Of a DNA stretch of 64,000 nt, positions 58,820-64,000 are shown piece after piece. Both the position numbers and the translations under genes were made by a program. The stretch's first letter is position 1. Each line of letters opens with the position of its first letter. The notes under the pieces are model-generated. The model was not told the DNA's origin. It saw only the letters and a list, made by a program, of their open reading frames with translations, and searched no databases. The stretch comes from Planctomycetota bacterium (GTDB lineage Bacteria > Planctomycetota > Planctomycetia > Pirellulales > UBA7805): assembly GCA_021413705.1 (NCBI GenBank), contig JAIOPX010000077.1:12026-76025 (forward strand). The letters are read 5' to 3'.

Positions 58820-60201
58820 GCGCCTATCAAGGCTCGCTTTTTGGTCTCGGCTACACTCAACTCTCCGCTCAGCAGCTTCGGCAGCAGCGTGTCACGCAGG
58901 GTGGCGAGGGTATGGGCTTGTTTCTGGCTGTTCTTCATCTGTGTGAACAGAGGCTTTACTGTTCTTTCAAATGCTTCGGCGATTGATTTGTGCGGGATAA
59001 GAACGCGAATACCGCGAACCATGTCTGAGTTGATGGCGGTGGCAATTGATGAAGTGCTGCCAAGTTGGTCGTAGCTGAATCCTTTGAGGTAGCAGTAGAG
59101 GTAGGAAGTGCCAAAAGGAGTTTTCGGGTTCAGGCGGAAGTGGGCGATGGCCTCGTTCGACAGCATTTCGCCGTCGGTAATCGCGACTCGCCCCATCGTC
59201 AGTTTGAAGCTCAAGACAACTGTGTCGTTAGGAATCCGTCGCACACGGAACTTTTCGACTGCTTCGGCGGTGAGGAACTCGGAAGTGTGTGAGATGAAAA
59301 CACCTGCATCGCCGAGGTCGCGAATGGACATCCACGGCATGTCCGACGGGTTGTCCGAAAACCATTGATGCTCCTTGCGTGGTGGCGTCTTTCCAATGCC
59401 GACTGTCGAGACTTCATCAGCGGTCTTCACCTCCCACCCCTGTGGAATGGGGCCGAGGGGAGAATCTTGAAAGTGAACGGGAAAGAGGTCGGCGGTGGCA
59501 GCGTCGAGGCCGGCGGGTTTGCGGCCGTCGAGTTTGGCGCGGACGGGGTCGAAATCCACGAACCAGTTTTGGAACAGTGCCCGCGCCATCGCCTCCAGCG
59601 TCACGTTCATCCGCCGGTTCAACTCGATTTTGTCGTCCAGCGACCCGAGGATTTGAGCAATAGCCTTTTGTTCGGGGAGGGAGGGGAGCGGAATCTCGAA
59701 CGACTCAATGTGTCCCTTCGTTATAGCCCTTCGACTGCCGCCCGAGTTGAACGACTCAATGTAGCCTTTCGTAGCAGGATGGGTTAGCACCGACAGAAGA
59801 TAGCCAGGGTCGCATGCGCGATGGTCAGGCCGAATGATAGAGACGTGCTGGTTGACGCATGCGGGAAGGATTCGGTCAGGCACTATACATGAACGTCCAA
59901 AGGTCACACCGTCCCCCGTAATGTTGAGCAGAATGTCGCCTGATTGGACCTCGGCATTCCGAAGCTCTCTGGCGTGTAGGTCTGAGATGAAAGCCAAGCC
60001 TGACACATCGAATCGCCGGTCAAATACGTGTTGGCTACGCACAAGCGCGTGGCTGACCCGCGAATTGAGGTAGACTTCACTGCCGCCGCGCGGGGTCGCA
60101 CCCGTTCCAATCTTGGTGCAGAACGAACCAAGCCTTTTCACCTGCCACCCGGCTGGTAGCTCTTCGACAGTCGGGCACATTCCCACCGGCTCACCCGCCA
60201 T
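58816..60201 (-). CDS. hsdS: Type I R-M specificity subunit
   Basis: Two target-recognition domains separated by the [21 protein letters not shown] conserved spacer. C-terminal [14 protein letters not shown]. Confidence 0.9.
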   Translation of the reverse strand: MAGEPVGMCPTVEELPAGWQVKRLGSFCTKIGTGATPRGGSEVYLNSRVSHALVRSQHVFDRRFDVSGLAFISDLHARELRNAEVQSGDILLNITGDGVTFGRSCIVPDRILPACVNQHVSIIRPDHRACDPGYLLSVLTHPATKGYIESFNSGGSRRAITKGHIESFEIPLPSLPEQKAIAQILGSLDDKIELNRRMNVTLEAMARALFQNWFVDFDPVRAKLDGRKPAGLDAATADLFPVHFQDSPLGPIPQGWEVKTADEVSTVGIGKTPPRKEHQWFSDNPSDMPWMSIRDLGDAGVFISHTSEFLTAEAVEKFRVRRIPNDTVVLSFKLTMGRVAITDGEMLSNEAIAHFRLNPKTPFGTSYLYCYLKGFSYDQLGSTSSIATAINSDMVRGIRVLIPHKSIAEAFERTVKPLFTQMKNSQKQAHTLATLRDTLLPKLLSGELSVAETKKRALIGA

Positions 60202-61756
60202 AACCCAGCCCCCTCAAGTTCGCCTTGATTGCCTTTTCCAGCTTTGATGACTCGGCGAATTGGCCGTGCAGTTCGGCCACGAGACGGGTCATCTTTTCCT
60301 CGAACGGCTCGCCATCATCCTCGACTTCCTCGGCACCAACATAGCGACCAGGTGTGAGGACATGGCCGTGGGTGGCGATTTCGGCGGTGGTCGCGGACTT
60401 GCAGAAGCCGGCGATGTCTTCATACTGGCCCGCGCCTTTTTCACCGCGCCATGCGTGGTACGTGGAGACGACCCTGGTGATGTCGGCGTCGGTCAGCTCG
60501 CGGTGGACGCGGTCGATGAGGGTGCCGAGCTTGCGGGCGTCGATGAATAGGGTCTGCTGCCGGCGGTCGCGGCGTTTCTTGTCGTTTTTGTTCTTCGTGA
60601 GGAACCAGAGGCAGACGGGAATCTGCGTCGAGTAGAAGAGCTGGCCGGGCATGGCGACCATGCAGTCCACGAGATCGGCGTCGATGATCGCCTTGCGGAT
60701 GTCCCCTTCGCCCGACTGGTTGGATGACATGCTGCCATTTGCCAGGACGAAGCCGGCATAGCCATCAGGCGCAAGGTGGTGGATGAAGTGCTGCACCCAG
60801 GCAAAGTTGGCGTTCCCCTTCGGCGGGACGCCGTAGGCCCAACGCACATCGTCGTCGGCGCGGTGCCAGTCCGAATCATTGAATGGCGGATTGGCCAGGA
60901 CGAACTGGGCTTTGAGGTCTTTGTGCAGGTCGCGGCGGAACGTGTCGGCCTGCTCGGGTCCGAAGTCGGCCTCGATGCCCCGAATGGCGAGGTTCATGAT
61001 CGCCAGCCGGCGGGTCGTGGCGTTACTCTCCTGGCCGTAGATGGCGAGGTCGCCGATCCGGCCCCCGTGTTCCAGCACGAACTTCTCCGACTGCACGAAC
61101 ATCCCGGCCGAGCCGCAGCACGGATCGTAGACCCGGCCCTTGTAGGGAGCGAGCATGCCCACCAGCAGGCGGACGACGCAGTTCGGCGTGTAGAACTGGC
61201 CGCCGTTCTTTCCTTCGGCACTAGCGAACTGGGTGAGGAAGTATTCGTACACGCGGCCCAAAATGTCCTTGGAGCGGTTGGCGGCATCCCCCAGGCCGAT
61301 GGTGCCGATCAGGTCGATCAGTTCGCCCAGGCGGTGCTTGTCGAGCGAGGGGCGGGCGTAGTCTTTGGGCAATACGCCCTTGAGCCGAGGGTTGTCCCGT
61401 TCGAGCGCGACCATGGCGTCGTCCACGACTTTGCCGATGGCGGGCTGCTTGGCGCTGGCCTGGAGGTGGGACCACCGGGCTTCCTTCGGAACCCAGAAGA
61501 CATTCTCGGCGCGGTATTCGTCGGGGTCCTCCGGGTCGGAGCCTTTATAGTCCCCTTTGCCGGCGATGAGCTTGGCCCGCATTTCCTCGAAGGCGTCGGA
61601 AATGTACTTGAGGAAGATCAGGCCCAGCACGACGTGCTTGTATTCCGCCGCGTCCATGTTGTTGCGCAACTTGTCGGCGGCCAGCCAGAGCTTGGCCTCG
61701 AAGCCGAGGTTGGCGGCGGAATCGTTCGAGTTCTTCTTGGATTTGGTGCGGGCCAT
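60191..61756 (-). CDS. hsdM: Type I R-M N6-adenine DNA methyltransferase subunit
   Basis: HsdM N-terminal helical domain (FLKYISD), the SAM-binding [11 protein letters not shown] and the catalytic LANPPFN. Confidence 0.95.
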   Translation of the reverse strand: MARTKSKKNSNDSAANLGFEAKLWLAADKLRNNMDAAEYKHVVLGLIFLKYISDAFEEMRAKLIAGKGDYKGSDPEDPDEYRAENVFWVPKEARWSHLQASAKQPAIGKVVDDAMVALERDNPRLKGVLPKDYARPSLDKHRLGELIDLIGTIGLGDAANRSKDILGRVYEYFLTQFASAEGKNGGQFYTPNCVVRLLVGMLAPYKGRVYDPCCGSAGMFVQSEKFVLEHGGRIGDLAIYGQESNATTRRLAIMNLAIRGIEADFGPEQADTFRRDLHKDLKAQFVLANPPFNDSDWHRADDDVRWAYGVPPKGNANFAWVQHFIHHLAPDGYAGFVLANGSMSSNQSGEGDIRKAIIDADLVDCMVAMPGQLFYSTQIPVCLWFLTKNKNDKKRRDRRQQTLFIDARKLGTLIDRVHRELTDADITRVVSTYHAWRGEKGAGQYEDIAGFCKSATTAEIATHGHVLTPGRYVGAEEVEDDGEPFEEKMTRLVAELHGQFAESSKLEKAIKANLRGLGYGG

Positions 61757-61780
61757 GGTGCTGTTATCTTCTGTTGGTTG

Positions 61781-61996
61781 CTATCTCGGCTTTTTGACCC
61801 GCACAAGCCGTTCTGGCCGAGCGGCCCGGCTGAGGAACTTCTCCAGGTCGTCCCGGCGGAACAGCCGATAACCGTTGGCCGGATTGCGGGACACGCGCAG
61901 CTTCCCGGCGGCAGCCCAGGTGCGGATGGTGTTGATCGAGACGCCGAGGATTTCAGCAGCCTCGGACGTTTGTACGTATTCACAGAGCCTGGTCAC
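61781..61996 (-). CDS. excisionase/MerR-family HTH DNA-binding protein
   Basis: TSEAAEILGVSINTIRTWAAAGKL......GYRLFRRDDLEKFL. It lies directly upstream of hsdM. Confidence 0.7.
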   Translation of the reverse strand: MTRLCEYVQTSEAAEILGVSINTIRTWAAAGKLRVSRNPANGYRLFRRDDLEKFLSRAARPERLVRVKKPR

Positions 61997-62405
61997 GGCA
62001 GAAACCCCTACGATGAGAAGTGCCCCATAGAAGTGCGGCCCCCATAGCCTACCAAACCATCCGGACGTGCGAAAGCATCGGGGGCAAGCCCACGAATTAT
62101 CTAATGGTGGCCGTGTCGGCCCCGGCGACGACCTTGACGACTAACTCGACTGCAGAGAATTGGCCGGACGGCAGCAGGAGGACGACAGCCATCAGGGAGC
62201 GGGAAACACCCCGGCCATTATCGGCCAGGGCGCCTGGAGCAATCCCGACATGATGATCCGCAGCGGCAGCCGCACCACGCAGTTATTGTTGCTGCCTACA
62301 AAGACAGTCTACAAGCTCTATGACACCCACAAGGTTGAGTTAAAATGGCGATCATTCCATCGCTAGATCGTTTTCAGCTTGGGATAGCTCATTCGAGGTC
62401 GAGAC

Positions 62406-63896
62406 ATGCCAACTAAGCGACATGGAACTTTGAAGGACTTTCACATACTGCGACGAGAACTAAAAAAATGGCATCGGCTTCACGGAACTCCTGGTGTGAT
62501 GCCCACGGCTCGCGCCCTGCGACACACCGGTCGCCATGATCTAGTCAACGCAATTTGTTTACCGGTCCACGGTGGTTTCTATAAAGTCGCAGACAATATG
62601 GAAATGGGCTGGAAAGTAAAGTACAAGCCGGTTGGTCATTGGGACGACCCCGACAAGTTAAAACACGCGATCTTCGAGGCCATCGAGCAACATGGGGAAC
62701 CGGGCGTCATGCCCACTCACGGGCAACTGATCGCCTGGAAAATGAGTGGATTAAGCGCCGCGATAAGTGACCACGGCGGATTTCCGGCCGTTGCAAAGCG
62801 TCTGGGACTCAAGCTGAATCGGAAGGAAAACGGTTACTGGACCGACCTTCGAATTGAACTTGATGTCCGCCAGTTGGCGGAACGTCTCGGCACTCCGGGA
62901 GTTATCCCCACGGGCAAACAAATGCGATTGGAAAACCGGAGCGATCTGGATAACGCGATCTGGCGTTCGAGTGGAAAGCTGCGCGGACTGGCAAAACGAA
63001 TGGGTTGGGAGACACATGCCAGTAAACCTAACGACTTTTGGCCGAACCCGCTGAATATCGATGCAGAGATTCGGCAGTTCATGGATTGCAGCGGCCTTGC
63101 TGAATACATCCCGACACAAGACGAGTGCTTTGCTGCTGGACGGCTCGACATTGTAAATGCGCTTTTCCGGTACGGCGGAGGAACCCACGCGACGGCAGAG
63201 CGTCTTGGCTTGAAGGTTCGCGAAAAGCCGAAGGGATATTGGCTAAAGCTCGCGAATGTGGCCCGTGAGATAGCCACCTTCAATGTCAGAAGAAATGTCA
63301 CGCGCGTGATGCCCACTGCCGATGAGTTGTCCACCGCTGAGGAATGGGGCCTCATGCGAGCCATTGAGAATCATGGCGGCTATCCGTCCGTGCGTCGAAG
63401 ACTGGGATTAAAATGGTCTTCTCCCATCCTGAGGCCATACTCGCGGGATCAGATTTATCTAGCGTATGAATTAGGAGGTTTTTTCAATCCTGAATTGGAG
63501 GTAGAAGTCAGTCATCGCTGCCGCGCGGTGGATATTGTGCTGAGAGAGCAATTTCTAATTATTGAATACGATGGATCACACTTCCACGCTGGGAATGAAG
63601 AGAAAGACGAACGCAAGACCGACCATTTAACTCAAGAAGGTTGGCACGTAATCAGAGTGAGGGAGAAGCCTCTTAGAGCCTTGTCATCGAACGACGTGAC
63701 TGCACGGCCAAACCGCTACAAGGAGACGGCGAATCGGGTGTTGCAAAAGATCGAGCAAATGCTCGGCACTTCCATCAAGGGTCTATCTGAATACTTGGCC
63801 CTCGACGGTTTAGTGAGAGCACGTGGGGCACAGGAATTTATTGACGCAATCTTGCGAGATAAAGTGGGTCCTGTTTCCGAGACAAAGAGACACTAA
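62406..63896 (+). CDS. repeat-containing protein with a C-terminal DUF559/Vsr-like endonuclease domain
   Basis: About five ~65-aa repeats (HG.PGVMPT...L.....DL.NAI...GG....A.RLGLK). The C-terminal VDIVLREQFLIIEYDGSHFH....KDERKTDHLTQEGWHVIRVRE is a Vsr/DUF559 core. Confidence 0.6.
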   Translation: MPTKRHGTLKDFHILRRELKKWHRLHGTPGVMPTARALRHTGRHDLVNAICLPVHGGFYKVADNMEMGWKVKYKPVGHWDDPDKLKHAIFEAIEQHGEPGVMPTHGQLIAWKMSGLSAAISDHGGFPAVAKRLGLKLNRKENGYWTDLRIELDVRQLAERLGTPGVIPTGKQMRLENRSDLDNAIWRSSGKLRGLAKRMGWETHASKPNDFWPNPLNIDAEIRQFMDCSGLAEYIPTQDECFAAGRLDIVNALFRYGGGTHATAERLGLKVREKPKGYWLKLANVAREIATFNVRRNVTRVMPTADELSTAEEWGLMRAIENHGGYPSVRRRLGLKWSSPILRPYSRDQIYLAYELGGFFNPELEVEVSHRCRAVDIVLREQFLIIEYDGSHFHAGNEEKDERKTDHLTQEGWHVIRVREKPLRALSSNDVTARPNRYKETANRVLQKIEQMLGTSIKGLSEYLALDGLVRARGAQEFIDAILRDKVGPVSETKRH

Positions 63897-64000
63897 CCCG
63901 CCGGCTCAACACATTCCGGCCCCTGATTGCTCGCCTTGCTGACGTAGGAAGTGACCGGGATAGCGGTCCAGTCACCATCGGGCAACGGCGCAAGCAACTG

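Noticed and set aside
60776-62047. 423-aa plus-strand ORF
   Set aside because: It is antisense to hsdM and the HTH gene, with G/V/A/R-rich shadow composition.

Overview
This is a GC-rich bacterial chromosome segment, most likely Planctomycetota. That assignment is an inference from a PSCyt1/DUF1549-type protein at the left edge, a DUF1580-like protein, and many R/G/A/P-rich antisense shadow ORFs. I read four sectors.

(1) 1-4.9 kb is housekeeping: thrS and infC (non-AUG start), an HNH cassette and tRNA-Val(GAC).

(2) 4.9 to about 24.7 kb is a tRNA-Val-linked integrative element. It carries a tyrosine integrase, a DUF1580-like excisionase candidate, an AEP primase fused to a RecA-fold helicase-like ATPase, an iteron array, and a proofreading family A DNA polymerase. 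I recognise no virion or conjugation genes. Decayed mobile DNA follows: an IS1-like transposase pseudogene, a group II intron 3' remnant and a truncated LuxR regulator. This stretch also holds a Schlafen/AlbA_2-like gene with two paralogous membrane genes.

(3) 24.9-46.8 kb is a nitrogen-oxide respiration and detoxification island:
- a protoglobin-qNOR operon;
- two Rrf2 (NsrR-like) regulators whose divergent promoters share a near-identical 16-bp operator;
- YtfE/RIC, hemerythrin and a cupredoxin-like protein;
- a Rieske-cytochrome b-HAO-like octahaem cluster, in which the HAO gene is split by an in-frame TAA;
- a MOSC protein;
- a Tat-exported Nxr/pNar-like type II DMSO-reductase cluster.

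(4) 46.9-64 kb is a second mobile and defence sector:
- a sigma-like gene plus a GIY-YIG gene;
- a frameshifted integrase;
- an overlapping J-domain + ankyrin-repeat operon;
- a Type I R-M system interrupted by a three-gene insert (DUF4268-like nuclease, acidic unknown, DCD/EVE-like PUA-fold gene flanked by 32-bp direct repeats);
- a repeat-rich DUF559/Vsr-like nuclease.

The best candidates for undescribed biology are the R-M-embedded DCD-like cassette, the J-domain/ankyrin pair, the bc-HAO/Nxr-like respiratory module, and the self-replicating integrative element with its iteron origin. All functional calls come from by-eye motif recognition. No database search was run.
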